Shown in pieces: positions 26,520 through 39,497 of a DNA stretch of 64,000 nucleotides (position 1 is the stretch's first letter; each line of letters opens with the position of its first letter). Both the position numbers and the translations under genes were made by a program. Under the pieces are notes generated by a model that was given only the letters and a program-made list of their open reading frames with translations, was not told the DNA's origin and searched no databases. The DNA is from Camelus dromedarius (Eukaryota): assembly GCF_036321535.1 (NCBI RefSeq), contig NC_087437.1, positions 65,412,001 through 65,476,000 of the forward strand, written 5' to 3'.

Positions 26520-29500
26520 TTTTGTCAGAAGTAGGTTATTGTGAATATTTCCTTCCAGTATGTGAATTATCTTATCTTTACATTTTCTTAATGAAAATGA
26601 CTTTTAATGAGCAGAAGATTAATTTACCTTAAGAACAATTTATCTGTTTTTTCTTTTATTGTGAATTTTTTTTTATTTCTGTATAAGTAATCATTGCCTA
26701 CCCCATAGTGATAAAGATATCATTCTTGGTTTTCTTCAAGAAGCTTTTTTAATTTTTAGCTTTCATTTTCAGGACTATAATTCACCTCAAGTTAATTTTG
26801 ATTATGGTATCAGGTAGGGATTATGGTCTATTTTTACCCTCTATGTATTAGTCCAGTTGTTCCATCATTGTTAAAAAGATTTCCCTTCATTGATTTTTAT
26901 TAGAGCCTTAATAAAAAATAAATTGGCCATATATGTGTGGGTCTACTTCTGGATTATCTATTCTGTAATAATTGGTCTATTTGTGTTTTTCTGACTACCA
27001 TACTATCTAAGTAATGCAGGTTTATAGTACATCTTGAAATCAGGTAGTGAAATCCTCCAACTTTGTTTTTTTCCAAAAGTGTTTCAGTTATTCTAGATTC
27101 TTTGTTTTTCTATGTACATTTTAGAATCCGTTTGTCAATTTCTACAAAAAGATACAGTAGGTTATTGGACTGTGATAAATCTATAGATAGATTTGGTTGA
27201 ATAAACATCTTAAAAATATTCACTCTTCCAACCCATAAACATGGTATTTTCCTCCATTTAAATAATGTTTAAACATTTTCTTTCTATAGATTTGAGTATA
27301 GAGGTCTTGTATATGACATTTTCCAAGTCTTTTATTTCCTTTCTGGCCTTCTGCCTAATTCTTGTACGATATTTGAAAGTGGAGTATTGAAATTTCCAGT
27401 GATTATTGTTTTGTCTATTTCTCCCTTTGATTCTGTCAGATTTTGCTTCATGTACTTTGTAGTTCTGTTGTTAGTTAGGTGCATGTTTATAATTATTATA
27501 TCTTCTTGCTATATTGACCATTTAATCATGTTTTTTTTAACATTTTTATTGACATTTAATCATTTTAAATGTCCCTCTTTAATTCTAGCAAAATTTTTTG
27601 CTTTAAAATCTATTTTGTCTGATGTTAGTAGAGCTATTTCAGCTTTCTTACGGTTGCTGTTTGCATGATCTTTTTTCCATCCTTGTACTTTCAACCTATT
27701 TGTATCTTTTTGTGTTACCTTCAGACAGCACAGAATTGATCTTGATTTATTTAAAAATCCAGTCCAACAATCTGTGTTTGGATTGGAATGTTTAATCTAT
27801 CCACATTTAATGTTATTATTGATATAGTTGGATTACATCTGTCATTTTACTTTAGGTTTTCTGTATGTCTCATGTTTCCTTATTCCTCGAATTCTTACAT
27901 ACTGCTTTGTTTATCATTAAGTAAATATTCCCTAGTTAACTCTAATTTCTTTAATACATTTTTTCACTATGTTTTTCGAGCTCTTCGTGGTTACTCTGAG
28001 ACTTAACATGTACATTTTATCAGAATCTACTTCAAATGTGTACTAACTTAATTCCAGTGAGATACAGAAATGTTACTTTTTTATAGCTCCATTTTTTCTT
28101 TCCTTTTTATATATTCCTGGTATACATATTATATCCATATGTATTACAAAACCAATATTATATTGTTATAATTATTGCTTTATATAATTTTATGTTTTTT
28201 AATAAAAGCTGAAAGAAGAAAGGAGAACATATTTATAAAGTTTGTATATTAACCTGATTTACTGTTTCTGGCTCTCTTCATTTGTTTTGGTAGATCCGTC
28301 TGGTGTCATATGCTTACTCAAATACAACTTTGCTCCTACTCAACTCCTTTGTTTTGTTACTGGAAAACATATTACATTTCTATATATTATAGACCTAACA
28401 ATACAATTTCATACATATTGTTTCATAAATTACTTTTTAAATCAGTTAAGATAAGAAATATGCATTTACTCTATTATAATTACATAATAACCCTAACAGT
28501 GTTTTTTCCTCCCCCATCTATTCAGATCTTCTACCCATTTTTATTCTTTTTTTTTTCTTTTTGGCTATTGAGTTGTATGAGTTCTTTATACATTTTGGAT
28601 ATTAACCCTTATCAGATAAAATATTTATAAATATTTTCTCCCATTCAGTAGATTGCTTTTTCATTTTATTGATGGTTTCCTTTGCTGTGCAGAAGTTTTT
28701 TAGTTTGATGTGGTTCCACCTGTTTATTTTTATTTTGCTGCTTTTACTTTGGTGTCAAAGCCAAAAAAATCATTGCCAATACCCATGTCATGGAGCTTAC
28801 CACCTATGTTTTTTTGTAGGAGTTTGTGGTTTTGGGTTTTATATTCAAGTCTGTAGTCCATTTTGAGTTAATTTTTGTGTATGGTATGAGATAGTTCCAT
28901 ATGGTCCTTTTCATAACTTCCATCTCTTTGTTGATATTCTATACTTGATGAGACATTATCATCATAGTTTGCTTTATGTCTTTAAGCTTGGCATCTTTTA
29001 GTTCTTTAAACATATTTTTAATAGCCACTATTAGGTTTTTGTTAAATCCAACATCTGGGCCCTCTCATAGGCAACGTCTGTTACCTTGCTATTTCCTGTG
29101 AATGAGACACACTTTCCTGTTTCTTTGCATGTCTCATAATATTTTGTTAGCTGGACATTTTAGGTAATATAGCAATTCTGGATACTGATTACGGATTTCT
29201 CTCCCCCTTCTCTGGTTTTTATTGTTGTTATTTGCTTGTTTAATTGTTTAGTAACTTGGCGAGACTATTTTAGTTTAGTTTATTTTTCTTACGTTGTGAA
29301 GACTTTGATGATGCTTCTCAGAGGGTGCAGCCTTCAGTGTACATACAGTTACCTGGGATAGCCGTGATTTTAGCAGGGCTCTCTTTGACTGTCTCTTTCC
29401 CTGATCTCTCTGGCAAGTTGTCTGCCTCTGTTGATATCATTTCCAGCTATTAGATGTCACAGTCACAGCCAGGTGATTGCTCTGTTGTTTTAGACAATAC

Positions 29501-32130
29501 CCTAGGACATACATTATTCAACATTAAATTTGGGCAGGGGTCACATTTGAAGCCAATCTTGAGGTCTGTTCAAATCCCAGGAGAAGTCTTCTTAGCAGTC
29601 TCTTTCCTAGGTTCTCCCTAGTGAACCAGCTCACCTATGGTCTAGCTGGTTACTCTTAATTAAGACGAGGTACCTGCCTCCTATTTGATTTCTATCAGAT
29701 ACGTCATTGGTTTTGAGGGCATTTTTAGGCTTGAACTTCCCAAATAAATAAAGCTAGTTCCTTTGGGAAGAGCTTCAGAGTTCACTGTTCTTACAGTGTC
29801 TCTTCCTCTGGGCAAATCTTCTGAGTCACTAGTTGGACGTGGGCAGGGGGTGGTTACCTCTGATCTCCTTAGCTTAACTTTTTCTTGGCATGAAACCTCT
29901 GACCTATGAGCAAGCTGGGGTGAGAACACTCAGGGCCTCATCGTTTTTCACTTGGAATAACTGGAGTAGAACTTCTGTCCTATTAGTAGGGAATTGGAAG
30001 GGGAAGGGAGCCTCTGACCTCTTGGCCACACTCCCCTGGAATTTGGACTTTCCATCTTGGGGTTGGAGGGGACAAGAAACGCTGGCAACCTGAAGGCAGG
30101 AAAAGTATAGTACAAGTTGTGGCTCAGGTCCACAGACTATCACTTTTTACTAAGTTTTAGTGGATTTTATTGAATAAATGTTTCTTCATTTTCTGTGTCC
30201 TCTTAGGACAATTTCTAGAGAGTTTAAGCGATTGGTTTTTTTAAAAATAGTTTTTACCAGTTACTGCTTTCTCTCTGGAGATTGTCCATGGTGCTTCCTA
30301 GGTTGCTACCTGAAAGTCTATCCTGTACATGGTATTTTAAAAAATAAATACATTTCTCAAATGTTTGGTGCTATTATGTAGAAATAGAATTGGTTTTTGT
30401 ATACTGACTTGTATTCATCATCGTTGTGAAGTTCATATATTGTTTTTGTAGCTTTTCTGTAGATTCCTTTGGGTTTCCTACATATATCATAATATCACTG
30501 GTGAATAAAGTTTTAATATTTTCTTTCTAATCTTTACTCAAGTTATTTTTTACCTTGCTTTTGTCCTTACTTCAGTCATCAAATACAGGGTTGGACAAAG
30601 ATGAGAGTGGACATAATTCCCTTGTTACCAATTTTAGTGGAAAAACATTCAATATTTCAATATTATTTCATAATTAAGTATTTGTAGGTTTTTCATAGAT
30701 GAGCTTTATTCAGTAGAGGACATATTCTATTCCTGGTTTTCTAAGAATGTTTATATAAATGTCAAATTATGACAATTTTTTGCATGTACTGAGATGATTA
30801 TATTTTCTCCTTTATTATGTTAATCAGGTGTTTTGCACTGATTTTTCAAATATAAAACTTATATTCCTGGAATAAATCTACCTTGGTTATGATATTTTAT
30901 CTTTCTTATGTGTATCTGTCTTCCATTTGGTAATATTTATAATTTTTGTGTCTATGCTCATGAGTGAGACTGGCTTGCACCTTTCCTTAAGTTACTGTAT
31001 TTATCAGATTTTGTTTTGCAACATTGTGCTGGACTCAAACCATTTGGGAAGAGTCCTCCCTTTTTTCTATCCCTGGAACTGTTTGCATAAGATTAGTGTT
31101 ATTTCTTCCTTTAATGTTTGATAGAATAAATCAGTAAAGACATTTGAGGCCTGCATTTTCTTTGCTGTGGATATTTAATTTCGAATAGAAAATTTTTTTA
31201 CAGATAGGAGTATATTTATATTTTCCAATGTTTGTCAGTTTTTGTAATTTTTTCTGTCAAAAAATCTTAATTTCATCTTTATTGTCAATTTATACTGAAA
31301 TATAGCTGTTTATAATCTTACTTTATCTGTAGAATTCATAGTGATGCTCCATTTTTTATTCCTGGTATTGGTTATGTATGTTTTTTCTTCTTTCTTGATC
31401 AGTCTTACTAGGGTTTTATGGATCTTAGTAATTTTTTGAAAGAATTATCTTGTGATTTTGTTGAGCTACTCTATTGTTTGACCACATTTTCACTGATTTC
31501 TGATCTTAATTTCCTTTCTATTTATTGCGGGTTATGCTTTTTTTTTTTTTAATAGTGTTTTAACAAAGAAGTTTAGATTATTGATTTTAGAGCTTTCTTT
31601 TTTCCCAATATAAGCATCTAATGTTCTAAATTTTCCTTTAGGCACTCCTTTAGCAACACTTCACAAATTTTGATATTTTGTGTTCATACTTTTACCAAGT
31701 TAAAAAATATTTGTAACATTCGCTGTGATTTCCTTGTTAAGCCATGAGCTATTCTTAAATTTCAAATATTTGGGGATTTTAAGATGTATTTTGGTTATTG
31801 ATTTCTAATTTAATTTCTTTTATGATCAGGGAACATATTCTACTTGATTTCAGTCCTTTATAATTCATTATAACTTGTTTCATGATTCAGTCTATATTTG
31901 TGAATGTTCCATGTCTACTTGAAAAAAAAATTCATTTGTATGATGTAGGTGTCTATTTATGTCAAGTCAATTTGGTTAAGAGAGTTGCTTACATTTTTTG
32001 TAGGCTTACCAATTTTTGTCTATTTGTTCTTTCAGTTACTGAGAAGTGATGAGTCCGCAGCTATGATTATAGATTTATAGATTTGTCTATTTCATTCTTT
32101 AGCTTTGACAATTGTTGCTTTATACACCCC
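26520..32130 (-). mobile_element. Cluster of old antisense LINE-1s, including a 5' UTR-like region ~29200-30320 and a nested ORF2 piece 28515-28895
   Basis: Antisense ORF2 motifs (gatggtttcctttgctgtgcagaag, aaatcctccaactttgtt). Confidence 0.78.
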
Positions 32131-33190
32131 TTCATAACTAAACATCTTGAGTTTACTTGTGCTGAGTTAGCTTCTATCACAATACTTTTCCAAAACTACT
32201 TTTTAAAGGGTCATTAAAAACCTTCACAGCACAATACCCATGTCACTTTTCTGAGCTTACCCTACTTGTCCTATCTGTAGCATTTGATGTGGCTGACCAC
32301 TTCTGGAAACACTCCCTTTTATTTTGGCTTCTGCAACAGTCTCCTCATTTCTTCTCTTCTCTCTGGCAAGTTCTCTCTGCCAGCTACTCCTCTTCCTCTG
32401 GAAATTAAATGTTGAAATTCCTATTGTCTCTATCCACAATCCCCCTCTTCCCATCATTTTCCCTTCCTGTGTCCCCATTTCACCCCTACATAACTTTTTT
32501 CTCATGCCATTATATACTAAATTACAGCCCTGATATTCAGATTTGTTTATGTCCACTTGACATCTTCACTTGGATAAATGACAGACACACCAAAATTTAA
32601 TATGTAACTCCCTATTCCCTACTGTCCCAACCCTAGATTCTTCATCTTTGTAAATAATATCATGACATAGTGGCTCAAGCCCAAATCTGGAAATCATCTT
32701 GATTGCATTTTCTGGTCTCCCAAATTGAATTATAATTAGTAGCTCTGTTAAGTGTTAATGATTTGGGGACCTATCGTTTTTTCTCCAACAACATTGCTAT
32801 CACCCTAGTCAAAGCTACCTTCATTTCTTGGCTGGAGTACAATACTGGTCTCCTAACTGTTATACTAGCCTTCACTCTGCTTTGGCCACACAATATTTTC
32901 TTCATTCAGCAGTGTGGATAACAATTTTAAGACATAAATCAAAGCATATCATTCTCTTGCTCAAAATAAAACTGAATTTCTTATAATTGCTTCAGAAGCT
33001 TGTATGATCTTGACCCTGCTCATCTAAACATCAAAATCAACCTACTTTCCCTCTTAATCACTATACCCCCAGCCTCCTTGGCATTCTTTCTATTTCTAGA
33101 AGATTGTTAAAGTCCTTTACCACCTTAGGACCTTATTAGAAACTGTTCACTCTGCCTGGAATACACTGCTCCCTGCTCTTCATGTGGCTA
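32130..33190 (+). mobile_element. L2 LINE remnant
   Basis: gcatttgatgtggctgaccac, ggtctcctaact, ttcactctgcctggaatacact. Confidence 0.75.
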
Positions 33191-33823
33191 TTTCTTTTAA
33201 AAAATAGCTCTTGGAAGTTTGACATATTTATAAAGTATTTAGGTAAATTTTGACATAAGTATACACCTGTGAAACCATCTCTAATAATCAAGATAAATGT
33301 ATCCATCGTGCCAGAATTTCTTTGTGTCCTTTTGTAACCCTTCTTCCCAACCCCAGGCAACCAAGGATCTGCTTTCTGTCACTCTGAAGCAGTTTTCATT
33401 TCAAAGAATTTTGTATAAATGAAATAAGTGAAATCATACAGTATGTGCCCTTTTTTGTCTGGTTTCTTTTACTCAGTGTAATTATTTTGATATTTATCCA
33501 TAGTGTAGCACATATCAATAGTGCACTCCATTTTAATTGCTGGGCAGTAAACCATTGAATGCATATAACAGATTCATTTAATCATTTACCTTTCTATAGA
33601 GACTTCAGTTTGTTTTTGACTACTACAAATGTTTTGCATTTTTGGTTGCTATGAATGTCTTTGCATGGATATATGCTTTCATTTATCTAGGGTAAATAAC
33701 TAGATGTAAAATGGTTAGATCATATTATAAGAGTAAGTTTAAAATTTTTAAGAACCGGCTAAAGGGGTTATACAGACACTCCCACTAGTAGGATGGGAGC
33801 GGTTCTACTTCCTCTACATTCTT

Positions 33824-33944
33824 TATGAGGGGGAGGTAATTAGGCTTCTTCATTGATTTTCACTTGGAGGAGGTACTGGGGATTGAACTCCTGACCTCTT
33901 GGGTGCTGAGCATGTGCTCTACCACTTGAACTGTACCCTTCCCC
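33824..33944 (-). mobile_element. Camelid tRNA-derived SINE (Vic-1-like) with a 19-bp TSD
   Basis: TSD ctacttc(c/t)tctacattctt at 33805-33823 and 33945-33963; ggggattgaactc B box; sits within an old antisense L1 (~33195-34370). Confidence 0.9.
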
Positions 33945-34039
33945 CTACTTCTTCTACATTCTTGCCAATACTGGCTATCATCAGTCGTTTTAATTGTAGC
34001 CACTATAATAGATATATCATGATATATCATTGTAGTTTT

Positions 34040-34230
34040 TTTTTTTAACATTTATTGATTTATAATCATTTTCCAATGTTGTATCAAATTCCAGTGTAGA
34101 ACACAATTTTTCAGTTATACATGAATATATATATATTCATTGTCACATTTTTTTCTCCATGAGCTACCATAAGATCTTGTATATATTTCCCTGTGCTATA
34201 CAGTATAATCTTGTTTATCTATTCTACAAT
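34040..34230 (-). mobile_element. Short 5'-truncated young LINE-1 3' end with TSD tcattgtagtttt
   Basis: Poly-T start, TSD at ~34027 and ~34232; near-identical to the reverse complement of 46970-47160. Confidence 0.88.
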
Positions 34231-34639
34231 CTCATTGTAGTTTTGAGTTTCTTAATAATGAATGTTGTTGTGTCTTTTCATAAGCTTATTTTTATCACTG
34301 TATCTTCTTTGGCCCCTATTTTTACTGGGTTGTTTGCTTTCTTACTGAGTTTTGAGAAATTAAATGATATATTGAAATTCCATTTTCAGAAATAAAAAGT
34401 GTAAGGTTCAAAATAGACTGTGATAACACTTAGAGAGCAAAACTGATATAAAGAATATAAAAATGGATTTCAGAGAACAACTTATTCAATCTCAATTGTA
34501 AAATCAATTTTAAATTGTTTCATTTTTGAATATATTCTCATTGATGACTTAAATTGTAAAAAAAAAAAAAAAAAAAGTGGTTTATTATTATAGAATAATA
34601 GAATTGGTTTCCAACACACCTGATACTGAGACACTTAGA

Positions 34640-34880
34640 GACACAGGATAATATAGTGGAAAGCATGTGAAGTCACTTTTGTATCAGATAGGCCTAATTT
34701 TGTTTCCTACTTAATCTATGTGACTTTGAGAAACTAATTTAATCGCTTTCAACTTCAATTTTCTCATCTATAGGGGAATCTACTAATAAATATCTATCTG
34801 GCTCAAAGAGTTATAATAACCATTAAATAATGTAACACTGAGTCAGATTGCTGAGCACAATCCCAGAATAGAAACAGACA
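34640..34880 (+). mobile_element. MIR
   Basis: atatagtggaaagcat...tgtgactttgagaaac...ttttctcatctata. Confidence 0.6.
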
Positions 34881-36219
34881 CTCACTGGAAGTGGGTTAAG
34901 TTTCCCCAAATAGGGACAATGCATATATGCTTTTCTGAAAGCTAGGAAACAATTAATAAAAAGGCCGTACAATCTTAATAAAATGAATCTGCAGAAATGT
35001 AACAAAGTTAATTGATCCAATAGTTAAACTTAAAGCTATATTTTCATAAAATTTATTTTTAAAAGCAAATTCCAGACTATACCTTCAAATCATTGAAGAG
35101 TCAGTCCCTTATTAAAATATACGATATTGGTTATCAAAAGAAGGCTTTAAAGAACTGATTTCAAACCCCAGGGCTTGTCAGAGCTCCCAGGTAGCTCACT
35201 AATGGGAGACATGGAGCATCTCTCTATGGCCTTCTAAGGACTTTATTTTACTTCTGTTTTGATGCTTCAATTCTTTGTTTAGAAGAGACTAATTTCTTTT
35301 GCAAAATATGAGTGAACCCAGTAACTACAGAAGTTATTTCTGCTCCCATTTGTCAAATTTGAGAAGTCTCCTGGCTGTTCATGTGAGCAAAAAGAATCTG
35401 CTGTCATGCATTAACCGACAACCATCATCATTGACTTGCTGAGCTTATACTTGGGCTCAGTGTAGATGACAATAAGAATTTCAGATATGGTCTTTAGGTT
35501 CCTAGAATGCATTTATAAAGGTAGTGCATATGCATAAAATATGTAAACATACAAATGAATCTAGGCTAAGTATCAACTAAATGGTTCAGACACCACTGTG
35601 TACAAGTCTGTACACTGTTGGCACTGTAGACAGTTAAATTAAGGAACTGGCACAAAGGGCTCTGATGGCAGCAAGAAAGGTTTACCATAGGGACTGAAAT
35701 CTAAGAAGAGTAAATTATAAGAGTACTAAGATACATGTGGTTTAAGAGGAGTATGTTTATAGGAGTAGAAAATTCATTTGAAGATGTAGAAAAGAATTAT
35801 ATTTTAGAATACCTTGAATGAAGATTTAAAATCTTGGCTTTTTTATTCTGAAGGCAATATAAGATTATTGAAGTAATCAGAGGTTAATGAGCATGTCTCA
35901 GAACTTCTTTAACCTTTACATCATGGTTGATATTGTAGAATTCGTATTAACTAAGTGCCTGCTTCTGCTTCTTATCCTCAGAATCCAATTCCTCTTTTTA
36001 CTATAAAAATGTTAAATATTTATTATAGAAATATCAAGTATATTAAAACTAGAAGAAATTTATAAAATCTACAATCTTATGTTCCAGAAACTTTTCCTAT
36101 CTGTACAAGTGGATACACACACACACAAATGGGGGATTCCACCTTCAGAAGATTCAACTAGGATTCAGAAGTCTGAGTATGTGTGTTAAACAACTGGAGC
36201 CTACTTCTAGGAAAGGTTT

Positions 36220-36440
36220 AGACTGAAACCCTTTATGTGAAGAGCAAGATAGTAAATATTTAGGCCTCATGGGCCATGTGGTTTCATTGCAACTACTCAA
36301 CTCTGCCATTGTAGTCTGGAAACAGCCATAGACAATATGTAGATGAATGAGTGTGGCTGTGTTCCAATAAAACTTTTATGGGAATTTTATTTATAGAAAC
36401 TAAAATTTCATATAATTTCCAGGGGTCAAGAAACATTATC
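36220..36440 (+). mobile_element. hAT-Charlie MER58-like DNA transposon
   Basis: gatagtaaatatttaggc...gcaactactcaactctgccattgtag...gtggctgtgttccaataaaac. Confidence 0.85.
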
Positions 36441-37409
36441 ATAATATCTAATAAGTTTCTGTTTTAGTAATAGCAGAAGCCAACAAGGATATCAGCGTTC
36501 TATCATAAGGCACCAGGAGAAGAGGCAGTGGGAAGTGCTCTGCTGGAACAGAAAACTAGAGAATACTTAAGAGCAAAAGTAAGTCACTCTCTGGGCACTC
36601 CAAGAAAATTTTTAAGGATTTCAGAGGGATTGACTTCTTTTAGCTAATGGAACACAAAGTTATAGGTTTTTACAAGTGATGGGATTCCATTAAGTACCTA
36701 TAAGCTGGTGAGGTGAAATCTGAAGAAATTCAGAATACAAACATGTGTGTGTACATATATTTTATACAATAGGTCATATTACCTGTATTGTTAAGCAGCC
36801 TTTTTAAACATTAACATATACACAACACTAGTATCACTACACCTCCAATCATGCTCTTCCCACTCTTTCTGAACCATTTGATACTATGATAAATGTTAAT
36901 ATTACTGGATATTTGTGACCTTAATTCCCAATTTTACAGTGTTCCTAAAATCACTAAAGAAATGTGTATGTATATTCTATTTTAATAAAAAGCATCAGAA
37001 ATTAGAAAGAGCTAGAATAATTTACAGAATGATTTTATAGAATGGCACTAGGTTTCCAAAATAAGAAAGCATTCAATTATTATTGATACTAGAATACCAG
37101 GTTTATTATTTACAAGGACACCATGGCTCTTCCTCCTCAGAACAAAAGACAATGACTCTTGGACTAACGGGGCATGGTTTGAAATAAACACTGAAACAAT
37201 GAATATGATTAATGGGTATATGACAATAACTATTTGAAATATTTGTATAATTTTTATTAAAATTATCAGGTTGCATTTCCATAACAAAATAAAAAATTGC
37301 ATGCAAGCTGAATGTGTTTTTAAAAACACATTACTGAGCACAGATGTGTGGATTTAACTCAAGCATTATGACTTAAAAAAGCTATTTGCCTAGCCTTTAT
37401 AGAACTTAC

Positions 37410-37481
37410 TCTGATAAGAAGTACGGATCCGTTTCGTTAAATCAGGATAAAAGTTAGACAGGCCACGCATGCAAAAGTTGT
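37410..37481 (-). CDS. STXBP5L: Tomosyn-2 alternative cassette exon, 72 nt, phase 1-1 (hypervariable domain)
   Basis: gttccaaag|ACAAC...TATCAGA|gtaagt. Encodes DNFCMRGLSNFYPDLTKRIRTSYQ(S), matching the long tomosyn-2 isoform as I recall it. Symmetric, so skipping keeps the frame. Confidence 0.93.
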
Positions 37482-39345
37482 CTTTGGAACATGCCAGAGC
37501 ACCAGCATCAGCAGCAGGCAGAAGAAAGAGAGAAAAATAGTCTAAAGTGAAAGGAAGTGATATCATACCAGAATCTAGAACAGCCAAGATGAAGAAATTG
37601 CAGCAAGTTTAGGTAATCAAATTAGAGAGGAAATATTAAAAAATAAATCAGTTAGAAAGTAAGAGGTGATAGATGAATGATGAGAATGCTATAATAATTT
37701 TATTCAATCATCAAATATCTTATAAAAATAGCATATCTTCTTATATGCTTTTTACATAGTAAACTTATTTGGCTTACAAATAATATTTATGCTACCTCAT
37801 AAATATAAAAATGGTTGTCTTTAGTCTTTGATATTAAAAAGAAAGCTTAGGGATTTTTGTCTTTAATATTTTATTTGTATAACAAAGTACAAAATCATCA
37901 ATTTTCCCTAATTTTAGTATATACAATGAGTAAACTCTGCTTATATTTAAAGTCATAAAAATCTGAACTCTAATCATAATTTTTGAGGCTCAATAAGTTT
38001 AAATTAAATAACAGTTGTATTACCTCTGTCACAACATATTTTGTCACCCTATGGTGTATATCTAGCAGATAACAGATGCTGTCATAGGATCTACAGCTTT
38101 TCTGATCGAATTGGTGTTTTCAGCATGCAAACAGTGCCTACTATCCCCTGACATCTTCCTACTGAGAGTCGACAAACTTTCAAAGATCAATCTTCTCTTA
38201 TTCTGCCTTTCTTTCAAAAGCCAGAAGTGGCAGAAGCAGAACCTGTATAATTTTTAACATTTCTAGCATTCTAAAATATTGCTAAAAGTTGAGATCCCTA
38301 ACAAAAACCTAAGAAACTCCAGGTTCTGAAGGAGAAATGTCATGCTTTGGAAAAGGGTCTAAACTAGAAATTTGGAAAGGGTTGAGGTTTACAAAAGAAA
38401 GATTAACGAAGAGGGAGAATTTCAGTATTCTGAAACTTCCTTCATTATTACATTTTCAATTTGACACACTTGTTACTTAAGAAATAACACCTACCATAAT
38501 GTAGTCTTTTTACTTTAGTGTTTGCATGGGCATATTTAGTAAAGGTGTTAATATTCAATTGATTATTTTTTAAAAAACAGAAAATTTAAAGAGCTGTCTA
38601 AAAATAACAATATTATAGATGCATTTCCATATGCAAACCTTTTAACTCAACTAATTTTTTTTACCAACTAGACTATATCAGTGGACAAAAAATATAAAAA
38701 ATTTTGGCAATGTTTACAAAGCCAACTATTTGTATATACACACTGAAATTTCAGTAAAACTTTGGATGATTTGGGATATCATCTAATAATGTTATATATT
38801 TTTCTTTTATAATTGGTCCTGTCAGGAAAAATTATCTTTTATAGCAATTTAAAATGTTAATGAATAATGTTTACTGCATTTTGTAAAAATGCCTCTAAGA
38901 AAGTCACCATCTAATGAGGAAAGGTGACAGCTAAAAAAATGGAGATAATTTTAAAAAAGTAGTGAATGACCTTAAGTTATATTTTTAAAGTTATATTAGA
39001 AGAAAATTATCCTGTTTTACATAACCATTGCAAGAAGGTCTTTTAACCAAAGAGCCTGATTTTCTTAGCATTTTTATATTTAATAGCTTCTTATTTTGTT
39101 ATTTCTTAGGAATTCAACTTAAACTTGAGATGTTTCCTAACAGCAAACTGAAGTTTAAACCACTTCTTTACCCTTTCAAAGATTCTTACTATGTTTCTGT
39201 CCAAACTTACTTACATGGTATTGTAAATTTGTTGACTTTACAACGCTATGCATTTGAATGGCATCACAGAAGAAAGACAAGAAATCTAAAGGTAAGAAAA
39301 CAGGAGAGCTAACCAAGCTCAAAACCATCTTGTTTTATCTCCTAC

Positions 39346-39497
39346 CTGCAATGAACTGCTTGTTTTTTCGAGGAGACCGTGGTTGTCGTTGGTATAGGTC
39401 ACTTGATCTATATAGGTCAATGGTCCCCATGCTTAACAGAACTGTCTTCTGTATAAAATCCACCACAGCCAACCCATTGCAGTTCCCAAATGCAACT
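39346..39497 (-). CDS. STXBP5L: Tomosyn-2 internal coding exon, 152 nt, phase 2-1
   Basis: ttttctctcag|AGTTGCA...TTGCAG|gtagga. Encodes VAFGNCNGLAVVDFIQKTVLLSMGTIDLYRSSDLYQRQPRSPRKNKQFIA (inside ORF 39335..39541). Confidence 0.97.

Noticed and set aside
33860..33945. tRNA-like A and B boxes (also at 22200-22268)
   Set aside because: These are heads of tRNA-derived SINEs with tails and TSDs, not tRNA genes.
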